Source of the DNA: Orbicella franksi
Taxonomy: Eukaryota
Length of the DNA: 64,000 bases
Direction of reading: 5' to 3'
Assembly: GCA_964199315.1 (NCBI GenBank)
Contig: OZ116703.1
Coordinates: 25,420,001-25,484,000, forward strand
Of this stretch, positions 12,413 through 26,600 are shown one piece after another. The translations under genes were made by a program, and so were the position numbers. Numbering within the stretch: the stretch's first letter is position 1; the number at the start of each line of letters is the position of its first letter. Below the pieces are notes generated by a model that was given only the letters and a program-made list of their open reading frames with translations, had not been told where the DNA came from and did no database searches.

Positions 12413-12734
12413 TTCAGTAATTTTGATTATAAATTGTTAATGATGTTGAATTATGAATAAGTTTCCATTAGTGAGCATATATGCAATACACATACGAAAA
12501 TTAATGATTACGTTTGAAGATGTAAAACTCTAGAGAAAATAAAGGTGGTTAAATTACACAGTGGTAAGTTATTAGTTTGTTAGTTCAGTGATAAGACAAA
12601 TCAATGTCAGGTTTTGGCATGCAGACCTCCACCTGGACCACAACTAAATGGAAGCAATAATTCGGTGGGGAACATGGTCAATTTTCAGTTACAGCTATGA
12701 GGTTTCACTTTTAACATAACGATAGAATGGACCA

Positions 12735-13009
12735 GGCGAAGCGCGGTGGCCTCATGATTAGTGCGTTGGCCTCTAGATCGAGCGGTACGGGTTCGACATT
12801 GTGTTGCGTTCTTGGCCAATGCACTTAACTCTCATAGTGCCTCTTTCCACCCACGTGTATAAATGAGTAACGGCGAATTAAATGCTGGGGTAGACTAGTA
12901 TCCCCCCCAGCGGGGAGCAGAAATACTCCCAGTCGCTTCCTGCTACAGAAACCGGGGACAAGCGCCGGCCTGATAGGTTACTTGGCTCGTATGCAGACTA
13001 TACTTTTTT
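12735..13009 (+). mobile_element. tRNA-derived SINE
   Basis: A-box-like tggcctcatgattag, B-box ggttcga (12790), SINE-type body (gtgcctctttccaccca.gtgtataaatg...gcttcctgctacagaaaccggg) and a T-rich end. Confidence 0.7.
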
Positions 13010-13027
13010 GCTATGGCTACGATTCGG

Positions 13028-13538
13028 TAAATAAATAAATAAATAAATAAATGAATAAATAGTATTTTTATATCGCCTATCCAAGCGTGATCTAGGCGCT
13101 TTACAAGTTATAAAATATGATTAAAATATAATAATATTAAAAAATAAAATAAAACAAGAATCAATAAAATTATTCCAAAAAGACTTCCTTAAATAAATGA
13201 GTTTAAAGCCGAGTTTTTAAAATATGAAGATTGTCTGATTTTCTGATATATATTGGTATTGGACAGCAAAAGCGCTAGGTCCATATTAAGACTTCCAGTT
13301 ATAGCTGGGACAGTTAAGACGGAGGGATGTAGATGAACGGAGAGTTCTTGAAGGACGGTAGAGGCTTATCAATTCTTGTAAATACCAAGGAGACAAATTA
13401 TGTAAAGCTTTAAAAGTAAGGATTAAGATCTTAAACTATATACGTTAAGTTATTGGTAGCCAGTGTAGGTCCTTTAAAATGGGAGTAATATGGTTATATT
13501 TGGAGGAAAGTGTTATTAAACTGGGCAGCAGCGTTCTG
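13028..13538 (-). mobile_element. 3' end of an L2 (CR1 group) LINE, degenerate
   Basis: The minus strand reads HITPILKDLHWLPIT*RI*FKILILTFKALHNLSPWYLQELISLYRPSRTLRSS, the typical L2 ORF2 C-terminus, followed by the stem-loop gcgcctagatc..gataggcg and a (TTTA)n tail (13028-13061). Confidence 0.85.
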
Positions 13539-14029
13539 TACATGTTGTAGTTTTTTGACAGCATATTTTGGAAGATTGTAGACCAGGGAGTTGCAATGGT
13601 CGAGTTTTGATGTGATAAAGGCATGTACAAGAGTGGCAGTTTGGTAACAACAATGCTTATGTCAAACGGCTGGAATGATGGCTCAGACACGTCCATGAAC
13701 ACAGGCCTGTTCTCAACTTTTGAGCATAGGCTCCATAGTCTTCTTTCGATATATTAAAATTCAGCTTCATAGCAAGGCTTACGGACACAAACAAGACAAA
13801 TGAACAAAACATGTTCAGTCAATTTCCTTTGTTTGTGTCCTCTAGGCCTCGCTGTCAAGCTGAATTTTAATATATATCGAAAACAGTCTATTGAGGCCAA
13901 AGTCTGACAGCTGAGTAATCTTTAGTAATTTCGTAGCAATTCACCCTGATAGCTGCTGTCAATAAGGCGGACCAAATGTCACAATTCTTGATGGAAAATT
14001 CAGATTGAGAATAGGTGTTATCAGCTGTA

Positions 14030-14110
14030 TATCATTAGATAAAAATTTAGTCTGGAATTCATGTTAAATTTATCGCCAGAAAACTAGTACACTTTAAAGC
14101 CTCTGCAAAC
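14030..14110 (+). mobile_element. Possible LINE reverse-transcriptase relic
   Basis: Frameshifted LDKNLVWNS/HVKFIARKL resembles the post-RT motif of CR1/L2 elements; short. Confidence 0.3.
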
Positions 14111-17100
14111 TGCACCCATTTTGTTTGCGAGATTTTAGCACCACAAAGACTGAAAGGATACAAATATACATTTGGAGTCAGGTGTTTGCGATTAATCTGT
14201 GTACATTTTTTTCTTCCGAGAAATAAGCAACTTTACAAGAAATTTGAAGAAACCAGTGGACAAGCCTGACTATGTGGACAGGCCCCCGTGAAGTTAGTGT
14301 GTGGCCCAAACAATACCTCAGTACATGTTGCCTCATGCTAGCAAGTTATTCCCTACACTGAAATTTAAACAAGTACAGTCTTGGTGTACCAGCCGGGTTG
14401 TGTTGTAACGGTATCATATTATTTTCTCTAATTGGGAACTTTAACAATTGCGTGAAATAAAGAAAGTTTCTCACACAGCGCTTAAAAATAATTGGAAATA
14501 AGCAAATACAATTGGATAATATTACTGTATAATCGATTTTGAATTGATCTCCTCAGGCTTGTAAGTTACATACACCTGGGTGAAACGTCTTGCACAGATT
14601 GGAGGAACACCGTTTCTTTCTTCAAAGATGGAAAACGTTTATTTTCGTGTTAAATTATTCAACATGTACGATTCTAAGCCCCGTATATGGACACATCAAG
14701 GTTAGTTTTAATCCTGCGGGACAACGTAGTATTACGTTTGGACAAATGCATAATTTAAGTTCAAATCTAAAAGTAATATGGACGTGTAGCTAGACAAAAC
14801 TGGTCTTCAATAATTCCTTCGTTAAAAGGGAGTGCTTTGCTAACGCACCTACCCTCAAGAACTCATGAAACAGTCCTGCGCTGTATCTTATCTATAAAAG
14901 CACCTGTCATTGTTTTAAGCGGGGCCAGCATTAATATGTAGGATACGACTGAAGAGCTGAAGGCTAATGATTTATGAATATTTTTTTGGGAAAAAAGAAA
15001 AGCTTTAGTCCCAAGAATATTGGAAAAAGTTGCCAAAATATTGAAAACAATTCTAATACGTAATACCACCATAACGTGTGCGTTAATTCCTTGATTTAAA
15101 CAGAGGCTATGTTAATCAATGCGTATCGATTTGGAAAACTAATAGTTCCAATTTTTGCAAGTGATAAACATCAAACACCCCTGAGGTTTATGTCAAAACA
15201 TTGCGGTTGTAGAAACACTTTTAATTTTGTTCAGGAGCCAAGAAATAATTTAAGTAGTTTCCACTCAATCTTTACCTAACAATACAGGATGATAAAAAGA
15301 AAACACAATAAAATCAAATATTAGCTCTCAAACTAAGCCTTTCTTACATTAATACTGGTACAAAGGAAGCCTGGAAAGGGAACTTTGGGCGGCGAAAAGA
15401 CGCCGAATTTTAACCACAATACCACTCATTAATTTTTGCGTAAAACATGACTTAATTCAAATTGACGGCTGAGAAAATGTTAACACTGTCTAGCCATGTA
15501 TTAGAGAGGGTTTATTCGAAGAACAGCCACGACAAATCAAACGACTGTACCACGTTGCCTTTCTCGACCAGATTATCAGTTTAATACCGGAAAAATAAAA
15601 AGAAACTAAAGAGAATTGGTGGAGGAATTGAGAAGAAATCGGCAGGAGTTCTGTACGTATACTAACAACTGAATAACCCTCTGGTAAGTCAGTATTTTAA
15701 TTTTCTGAATTTCGCTTCACGTATTTATTATGTCAAATCTAGTCGTTAAATTCTTAATTAGCGAAATGACTTAAAAACTTGACTTTACCGATAAACGCTG
15801 AAACACCGTACATCCAGATAACGCCGAACATGTCGAAAGAACATGGTGAAACTGGGAATTTCTAATACGGATATTAGATAACTGAGTTCCCAGACGTAAG
15901 AAATTGTAATAAATAAAGGACTATTCACTTAACACACGTACCAAAATCGATCACAGAATGTTGTATGAAGTCAGGATTCACACTAAAATTTGTTCTTCTA
16001 ATTTGACATGGTGCTGTCTGTTGACAGTATTCAAGTGTTCAATTCCCTTTCGAAGTAAAATAGTGATTAATTTTATGACGTGCAAGTTGAGTTTTTGGAA
16101 ACGGGGAAATTTGGACATGGCGAACACTTTGCAGAGTGCTGAAAATTTTGCGTTTTGTGTCGTAAAACTCGCGTATAGCCCCGCAATAACTAAATTCTTA
16201 TCACCGAGTTTAACATGATAGCTGTTCCTGAAAGAGACGATATCGTTAATCACACATCGCCATTTTTCAGGTTACAAATAGCTTACGATATGGCAACGGA
16301 TTTATAGATTTTTTTTTCTGACTGTGTCTTCTTGGTTGAGGATAAAATGTCTCCTTATTGAAGAAAAGTCTCCAATCGTAACCGAGTTAGGCGCTGTAAT
16401 TTCACTTACAAGCACGCTGCTTTTCGTTTGTTCCTTTGCCTTGTCACCATACAATCGATTTTTGATAGTTCGTTTTCTGTTTTTTTTTTTATTATTTTAT
16501 TTTTCAAAAGAAGAAGCACTTAATTTTAGAGTATTTAATTTAGTTTAACGCCCTAGTGGTTCAATTGTGTATTTTGTATCTCTTATTTTATTTGTTGAAT
16601 CATCTTTATTTATCCATTTGTTTGTTTGTTTATTTGGGTTAGCACTCAAAGATCTCCGATTATTATTCTGTAATATATTTATTACAGTATCTCCGATTCT
16701 TATTCTGTCAAATGGAATATTCAACGAGTCATACGGAGAGTATGTTGAGTCAGCTAACAAGGATACCCCACCTGTCTCAAGAGTTATTGCGTTTCTCTCT
16801 CTCTCTCTACTTAAAATTTTTACTGGCTGCCGAAACGTCTTCTGCATGATTACGTAACATGTTCAAAATTCACCCCAATTAATTAAAGCTTCGCTTGCGC
16901 GAAATTTTCTCAAACCTTGAATTTCAAGTGGACATTCTTTTCACCTTTGCTGAATTGAAAATTTGTTCGTGATAAAATTTTCAATCTGTGTTTGGTTGTG
17001 AAATTGGATAATCCGATGGAAAAGTTTAACTCTATCCCGACCGATGTATCGATTTTACATGTAACAGGTATAGGTATAACGGATACCTTTCGATAGACCA

Positions 17101-19192
17101 GCTTCCATCCGGGAAGGCTTTTAATTCTCTTGTTGCTTCATGCTACAGACACCTGAACCAGCCGGTGTGGGACGCTTTTGCACGTGCGCGCACTATTCTT
17201 CACTTAACAATTCTTCGTTTACGGTACCTCCCAAGCAGGTCCTAGCAGCTGTCTGAATTATGAATACATGTAATGGCATGGACTGACATGGGTTAAACAG
17301 GTTTGGCTGACCTGAACAGAAATAAGATGAAATAATTTTTTTCTCAATCTTATTTTCACCATAGTTTGTTTTACAGGACCCCTCTGATGACAGTGTTGAA
17401 TACTGTTAACAGTGTTGATTAATTCCCACACTACGGTTTCAGTGTGCGTAACGAAATGTCAGAACGGCCGATGGAAAGACGAATAATTCGAAAGACATAA
17501 AACTAAGTTTTACCAACGGACAACTAGGGAAATCGACAACTAGTGACCTCTTAGGTAAACAGTGATCTAATTTTAGCGGATAAGGGGTTAACTGGATGAT
17601 AAAAGACTTTTCTTTCAACGTTCTTAGAACACTGTACAAACAGTAACGCAAGCAACACCTATTCATTTTAAAGGCATATCTTGGCCGATGAAAGTCCTAG
17701 GCTTGCTTTATATCAGAGGAGCTTTAGGTGTGAATTTTAGTTTCTTCAAGTGTGAAAACAACTAATTAATTTTAATGCCCCAATTGATTTTAATTAATAA
17801 TTTAACAAAATAAGAAAAATACAGAACTGTGTTAAAGTCAAATAGTCAAACTTAAGGGGCGATCCGGTTTAAATAAGTCTCTCATAACAGTCTCTACTCA
17901 AGGTGAGTTAATTGTAGCCATATATAACTATAACCCGGCAGGGATGCTGAAAGATTCCACCCAAAAGGAATATTGCCCAAGACTCGAATTAGGGCACTGA
18001 TTGCATTTTCACAGTTAGCCAAACGTAATTTTGAATAGCAGTAAATTCTTCATGCGACCACTGATTTGGTTCATTCATAGAGCAGGGTAAAATTCCAACT
18101 GATTTTTCGTTTTGCTTTTATAAAAACCCGGTACGGTTTAATGAAATCTACTGAATGAATAACCTCGGCCCATACTTACAAGATTTGGTGACATTTGAAA
18201 AGATTAATGGTAGTTCTATCTCTTTAACTGACCCCGATTATCTCTGCCCGCCATGGTGAACTTGTCGAGGGCAATATTGCCAGATCAATCAGTTATTGAT
18301 TGGTGTTATACAGGGCCATGCAATTGCCAATCGCATTATAATGCTCGAATGACCGAGAAAATTCTCTCTATGTTGACCCTGACCAGACTTTTTTCTTGGC
18401 AACGCAGAAGATGCCAAGTTGAGGATAGGATCCCAGTGGTACTTCCTGTATTTTTATACAGTAGGGTTAATAGGTCCGTGCCACTGGACAGGATCTGTAT
18501 CTTAGCATTTTGGTCTGGAACAGGAAATGACGAGAGGCACCCTTCAATATTTGACTCAAACCGGGTGTTAGGTGTTCAGATAGAAACACGGCGATCGCCG
18601 ACTCATAGTCTAGGAAAGGGTGGACATTTACATAACAATAACGAACGAAAGCTCTCTCTCACGATCAAATAAAAAGGAAATTGCTTTTAATCATTTTTGA
18701 TACCGACTTTGAGTCATATATTGTGTGTTCATTAAATGGTATTTAATAAAGAATATATCGCCCAAGAAATGTAGATTAGTTAGCGTTTCGTATTTCGGGT
18801 ATAGGGCTAGAGTTTTTATGGTATATCTCAGACCCCATTAGCAGTTATTTTGGGAGCATAGCCTCACCTCACCCAAGATTGGCGGCAGTGTACGTGTTGC
18901 TTACGAAAACATCTGCTAGAGTAAATCGACAAGTTGAGTGTCAAGTGAGAGACGTTTTGTGGCATTCTTATAAAACTTCGTTGTAATCAGGGAGACCATC
19001 ACTAATGGCAACCGCAAACAAAACGGTAGTAATCTTAACTCCTTCATATTTCTTTACTGCCTAATGCACACAAATTATACGGTTTCGTCAATTCCTAGCT
19101 GTGTGTTCAAACTCAACCTTTTCTAATTTTTATTTTTTCTTCATGCACTCTTGAAGTGTTTGTTAATACAACAATGTATGATTTAACCAAGA

Positions 19193-19355
19193 GAGGACCT
19201 TTTTCCGTTTTTGCATAGCCTCATCTAGACGCAATGGGTGTTGCGAGAGCTGAGACAGTTATGCAAACTCGAGACGCACTCGAGGGTTTGCATAACTTTC
19301 TTCCAACCCCTCGAGTGTTTAGATGAAGCTATGTAAACTACGGAAAAAAGCCCTC
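19193..19355. repeat. Long imperfect palindrome (MITE-like)
   Basis: gaggaccttttccg..tgcatagcctcatctag / tagatgaagctatgtaaactacggaaaaaagccctc, with an inner arm gttatgcaaac..tcgag / ctcgag..gtttgcataac. Confidence 0.75.
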
Positions 19356-20645
19356 CATTGATTTTATAAAACATTTCTTGTGACAACCATGTTTACATAT
19401 TCTCATAAAAACACACCAATCGACTATAACAGCGCGCTTACTATTTCAAATATTTTATAAAGTAGAATAGTTCATGTTGTTGCTATAAAAGATAACATAC
19501 GTGTAGCCGACACTTATGGTGTACATGACTTTCAAAATTGACCGGCTGCCAAATATGTAGGAGCGTCTGCGTGGGAGGCTACCAAATATAATAAAATAAT
19601 AAAATATGCGCACGAAATATACCTTAGACGACCTTGGACCCGCCAGAATAAACCGCGTCCCGCAAAGATTTGTTCACCTGCTTCTCGGGTGGGACAAATT
19701 GTTATCAAAAATTAGATCACTGTTTATCCAAAGATTTACATTTTCCTCTGGAATCGTCCATGTGGACAAACAAGTTAATTGAAAATACAAGAGGGACTTT
19801 ATCTGAATCTATCCCAACTCCGGACTAAAGTTTAAATATGAAAGATTCAGTCGCACAGGGGGTCCTAAATATTCATAAGATGACAAGTGCTACTATTCGC
19901 TGAAACACAAAACTGGATTAAGCCGGAATTTGTTTTTAATAATACTTTACCCCCAGTTCATCATCTATACATGTACCTTAAATCTGCCAGCAACTATTTT
20001 TCAATCAAAGGCTAAGGTTAAATTAAATTATTATTTTAGGAAATTAGCCCGTCAACACATGATCAAGTTTATATTCGCAGGATCGGGGTACACTGAAGGG
20101 TGTGACGCTGTATGTGATGCGGAAAACTCTTTACACCAACTGAAACTGTAAATCGAGGATACTTCACGTTTCGTTGCCTATGATATCTAAATTATTAAAG
20201 GGCTTCTATACTCTGGGTTTTCTAACTATATTATGATGGTAAGCCTACATTATTCATGTCTCTTTCCTAAGCATGGGTTATAAAATTGCCTGCAAGCGAA
20301 AACTAAGAAGTGGATTGTGCTCGCCTTGTTTCAAATGCCTACAGAACTCTGTTTTGAAAAGTGAATCGGTATTTTTTTTTTCTTTTCTATATAAAAAAGA
20401 GAAAATTCATTATCATGACTATCTATACAATTACCTGCTGATGAATATTCAGTGATTGCTGGTTCCATTTGCACAAGAAGCTTGCGCAGCAAGTGGTAGA
20501 TAATACATAATTGTGCTGATCAAAAGGTTAATCCTCAAGATCTACCATCGTCTTTTTGCACCTCTCATCAACAGATTGTACTTAACAAAACTTCAGAACG
20601 CCTTCAACTGCTTGGAATCACACCTCTGTGGCATCAGGATACTAC

Positions 20646-23600
20646 ATGGCGCTTTTAATCAGCAGCATCGTCTTTATATGGATCACATTGAGTGGATATG
20701 GCACTGAAGGTTGGTAAACAGGACACTTAATTTATTTGCCTTGCATTATGTCTTGTTGGCACAGTGTCGGCTCATTGGCACTGAAAATCTGCCTTCACTT
20801 TCAGTAAGACAGTTCGAGCGAGCGTGGTGCTAGCTAAAACAGATCTACTTCACTCATGAACAAGCAGGTCCCTTTTTTGTATAACCACCGACAGCAGCTA
20901 ATCAGCTCAGTGATCCTACAATTAATCAATCGCTTTTAACAAATACTATTATTATAGGCTGAATGTTTCGGACTATTTTGCAGTCATTCCAAAGAACGGT
21001 AACAAAACAGTACTGTCAGTTTAATGATTGGTCCTTCTTGATCTAGGTGCCATCGCATTTACACTTGATTAGCCCTTCGTCATCTTGCGAAATGTATGAA
21101 AACTTTTCTATCAACCAGTCCATTTCGGGCAGAGGGTAAAAGGACGGGGCCTCGCAGGTTGTAGCAAGGCAATGAAGTTTTGGAATTTGCACTGACTTTT
21201 TGTTCTTATCGTCTGTAAAATTTTACCTGCTAAAAATATATGTTTTGGGTGGGAAGTCAAGCACACATTACGTACTAAGCCTGTTGGTACTGGGATCATG
21301 CAACAGATATTCAAAGAACATGATGATTCATGGATCGATTCTCAGAGTCGGTGGTATTTTTAGTGTTTAACAATTTAGCTGGCGTCGCGATTCTCCGGCG
21401 GAGCTGAGAAACGATTTATACGGCTAAAGAGTCATTTAAAGCTCATTGATATAATTAGCACGAAAGGTGTAACTGCGAACACAGATAATGGGAAATGAAG
21501 GAGCGACCACAGCGAGTATAGTTCCCTTTCGTGCCAGGTATTATTCAAACAGAGAGTAGAATTGTGTTCTAATTATCAAGTCAAACTGATTGATCAGGGT
21601 TGCGGCCGGAATTTAAAATATTCGATGGAACACAGTCCGTTTCTTGTCATATGCTTTGTAAAAGTGATTTTTGCATTGTATTATTGTATTGTAATATGAT
21701 TTTACCACACTCCACACATGAAAACAATTCTAAAAGGTACTGGCACTTAATTTAAACTGGGTTGCAGGTGTTGAATCGTCCACAATGCATGAGCCCAGTT
21801 TACAAATTCATTTCGGCATTTGTTTGTTTAAAGTTTCACACCATGTATAAATTCACAACGTGATAAGCAATAACAAGTCTTAATAGTTTTAAACTATATA
21901 TTAACCTATTACGTAAAAGTAAACATTCAGCAGCCCAAATAAGACCGATCGTAACCGTCAGGAATTAATCACGAAAGAATTTATTTCTGTGCTAGATACT
22001 TTCAATTATGTCTTGAATAAAAACCTAAGATGTCTTTTAAGTGTCTTTTTACGTAGTAGAATCAACGATTCAGTGCTCACAAGCAGCCTGCGAGCTGTAT
22101 GCTTCGTTAATGTCCACCGCTATTAGTTTTACTGAAGTAGCCTGCAGCCTGAATACCTGAAATAGCACTCCCCTCAGTGACGAACGGTCAAAACACACGA
22201 ATAACAACAGAAAACTGCTTGATAACTAAGGAAAATTAAACTCCTTAACAAGTCGTCAAGGGGGGCTAATACCAGTGGCAGCTAATAAGCTATAACATTT
22301 CCTACTGAGAGCTTTGTTACGAGAACATCGTTGGTTCTGATTATTGCGCAGCTGGATATATATAGTTTCTATTATTTCACTTACTTGCCGTCATTCTTCA
22401 GTGATTTATGAATACTAATTGTCCATAATTCCATAAATTATGGTAATATTAAGACTTTAGGAGGACTATTCTCGTATATTTCACCAACTGTAAAAAGTTT
22501 TCTGAGTGATACCGAGTGAAGATGGCTAGTAGCAACTAATCCACTTCGCAAAAAAATCAAAAAATTCCACATGTTTACAGCCAATTCAACATGCAGATAA
22601 AGTTCAGAAATGCCAAACAAAATATCAATAAAACCGACAAACTAAATGAAAGAATAACGATAGCTGCAATCCAAAACCAAGCTATATAAAAACTAAATGT
22701 TCTTATCTTGCTTGCATAGAGTAATATTCGTCATTTAACCCTGAACAGGTTCAAAGGAATCTATAGAGCAGAGTTTAATCAATGACTTACTGAAGGGATA
22801 TAATAAAGATGCTCACCCCATACCAGAACAGAATAAAAGTCAGTATATGGTTACGTTTGGTTTGGAATTGGTTCAGCTCGTCAACGTTGTAAGTATACTA
22901 CTACCTTTAGTTTTTTTTTAGGGAGGTTTCTCTCACCGTTATGACTTTTTTCAATTGGGAAATCTTGATTTTGTTCTTACTACACTATCCCACTCCTTCC
23001 TTATTATGTTTTCGACCGTTTGAATTGTAATCTGTTATAGGATCTTACACATTATGTTGACAATTTTTGAGCTTAATAGTGAGGCAAAAGAATCAAGCAT
23101 TAAGCGGGAATGATAATGACAAAAACTGGCTTACGCTTGAGGGCTTTGGAAGGGCCATAACAAAACTGGGCACCAGTCCCTTGATTACACAGTACACACA
23201 GCACATACCAAGAGGTTTTGCTATAAATTCAACACTCTTCGGTTGCATGAGAGCGAGGCTTTTCATTACTAGAAAACTCATATCGCAAAAACCAAGTTAG
23301 AGCAATGGAGGATTACATTGAGGCGTCGCTCGTACTTCAGCATACCAAGCGTGAAGGGTAGAGTAGAGATCAAGTTTTTTCATGTAAGCATATTGGAGCA
23401 TAATAGTGACGCCTTTTGAGTATAACACCGATTTTTTTTTTTAGCATCGAGCATCAGCATAATAGGGAAAACTTTGAGCAAAATATATAAAACCCTAAGT
23501 TGTTACCCTTGAATCAAGATTACCGACATTTCCCAACGATATCATATCTAATTTTTGTTGTTTTATTTTACTTATTTTTTCTTTTTCAATTCAGGATGAC

Positions 23601-26600
23601 AAAAATCAGATCATTACGACAAATGTATGGGTAAGGCAGGTAAGCACAAATTTGATTCATCTTTAAGTCGAATGTTACTGCATATAAGTCACTTTCTTGA
23701 TCAACCAGTTGTATCGACATAAAACGCCCTTTAAAACGGAAGAATTTGAAAACGCCGGGTTTTCGTTATTTTTTGGACGGAAAACATTTTGAAAACGGAG
23801 CTTTCCGAAAACGATATAACCACGATAATCATGTAATTTCCATGACCGAATTTTCCTCAATGACAAATCCAAAATTACCGGTGATTGTTGCGTTTTTAAA
23901 TTTCTTCTCGTGCATGTAGTGTGGACGGAAAACATTGGATGCTTTTTCAGAGTGAAGCCTGAGCCGTTTTCAAATTCCTCCGGCATAGTGTTGGTGAAAT
24001 TCATGGTTGGTGTTGTTTTCAGAAATGGAGGAATCTTCTTTTAACCTGGGATCCAGAAAAGTACGGAGGAATCAAACGTGTTCGTATTAATCCAAGCCTG
24101 ATCTGGATTCCTGATATTGTTCTCTATAACAGGTCAGTTCACGGTGTCACTAAGTATAGTTTTAGTCGTGTTCAATCACAAGCAAGTGATTATCGACTCA
24201 TTCAAGCACTGGACACTGATCGTCACAACGGATGTTAGTGAAGATCATTGCTTGAAGCCCAACCAACCTTGTGTAGCAGGCCTAGACCGGCTAAAGAGGT
24301 TATATTACTTAGTTAACGTTCTTCAAGAGAGACAGGATCCTTCCGAGACGTCTGAGGGACTGACACATATTGCAAAGAAACCGATCATATCTGACTACGA
24401 TTTGGGAATAATTAAATAAGCGCCCCCTTGCGAAAGCGCCTCCCTCGAATAAGCTCCCCGGGGCGCTTATTTCAAATTTTGAAGACGCGGGTGCTAATTC
24501 GAGGATTTACGGTATATTATCCTGACACACTAGCTAAATTCTAACCAAAAATTAAAAATCCTTTGTTGTCTCAGCACTCTTCCAAAAAACAGGGGGAGGG
24601 GAGGGGGCGCTCATTCGAGGGGAGGCGCTTATTTTAAATTTTGGCCGATACGAGGGGCGCTTGTTTGACATGTTTGAGGATTTACGGTACATGTATAGCA
24701 ATTGTGATTATTATCCGTTAAGCGTGCTCTACACGTGTGTCGTAAAATAAAGCTCGAAGAAGGAAAGACAAGCTATGGTACTGATGCGGGTTTTTTCTGA
24801 TCACGAATCCTAGCCTGCTAACACAGAAGGATCGCCGGCTTTTGTTTCGCGGCGTAAAACAAAAGGCTGGGAGCCGGAAATCCGTCTGGATTTCGCAGTC
24901 TAGGCGTTACCAGAAAAGGCAAATTTGTAAACAATCAAAACGGGCTTAAAACATGTTTCGGTTGATGTTTATAAACCTTACCTTACTGGACATGCATGGG
25001 AGATGTATAAATTGTTTACCCTGTTCACTGTTTACCACTCTTGTTGTAAAAAAAATAGCGAACTGAATAAAATTCTTCTTGCAAGTGGACAGTAGATCAT
25101 ATATTTGAATTGCGGAGAAAGATGTAAAGACATGAATAATCATAACCTGCAATTAGGCGTTCCTTTTTAAGGCGGGGGTCTACATGAAGGCCGTCTTTTG
25201 GCTGGGTAGTATGATTTCAACGCAAAGATCTCGTTCACGTTTCAAGCAGTCAAGCATCTCTCTGCTCATCCCACATATCTATGTTTTGGGCTGTTTTGTA
25301 ATTTTTTGGTGATTTTTGGGTATATTTTGAGATATGTAGTTTTTCTCAAAGGATTAACAAAATTTATGGAAACAGGAAATTTTGAAGATTTGGTGTTGTT
25401 TTAAAATTAGAATTTGAAGTTAAAAATTGGTAGACGTACACCAAACAGTTGTCCGCCAACCTGGGGTGCCCTTTCGGGGGCGTTCAACTGTCTGGTGGTG
25501 TTCCAAACCCTTTCTTTCCTTTTAATCCCTCTTTAAACTTCCTAAAATTTCACTTAAATTCAGGTAGATTCCCACCTTAACAGCAGGGCCAAAAAATAAA
25601 ATGACAAACGAGCGCCTGATCGCAGATTAGAATGATCATGACAGTTTAAATGTTTCTTTTCGCTTAATGTAGACATAAAAATCTGAGGGACTCCCGCCGG
25701 GACTACGGGCTTTTTTCTTTTGTTTTGAGAGATCAGAAGGAGACTGTATGATTACGGCCAGTGGATTATAATAGTTAAGGCGCATTCGAACCTCTCTTTA
25801 CGGGCAGCGCTATAATATGGGCAGCCGTGTAGTACGAACAGGTCAATTAGTCCCTGAAAAATCAGAATTCGGTCTCTAACACGGACATATAGACACCTCT
25901 GTGACCGGATACTTAACTTGGCTCTTTTGAAACCCATATAAGAGAGTTAAGCCGGACTGTACTTCAGGAGAAATAGTTCCTACTTAATCAAATGCGGATG
26001 ATATAAGCTCTGGGGGCGTTTCAAGATTACCGCAACAAGTAAGGCTCTTTAAGCAGTATGGTACGAAAAACAACAGAAGACCTGCGGTGCTTGAATAAAC
26101 ATCACAAGTCACGCTCTAAGCGTATTGTAGAACATGTTGTAACGAAGATGTTATGAAACGTTTTCACTTGACGTCATGACAACCATATTGGTGTTTTCAA
26201 ACAATGTAACGGGAGCCATGTTGGTTTATGAAGCCAATGCTTTGGGATCTGAAATCTTTTCTTAACTGTAAAACAATCTTTTGTTCCAATAAATCTACAT
26301 GGCTGCTGACCATGTGAGTCCAAACGCTCTAGATCTTCCCTTCAGAGCTAAAGCTGGATATAAGCTAATGGGCTTATTGGGTGGAGGGGTGTCTGAAAGA
26401 GGTATATTTTAGGAATTTTATGGTATTTAACACAATTTCTCACCTTTACAGTGCTGACAGTGAGTTTAGTGGTGGACTTGAAAAGTACAAGACCAGAGTC
26501 ATCATTGATTACGATGGCATTAATGCCTGGTACAGTCCAGCCTCGTTTCGAAGCACATGTCCAATCGACGTCACACATTTTCCATTCGACAAACAGACAT

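Noticed and set aside
21488-21537. Alternative signal-peptide exon for nAChR-2 (MGNEGATTASIVPFRA)
   Set aside because: Phase 2 is incompatible with exon 2 (phase 1) and it is not hydrophobic; 20646-20709 fits better.
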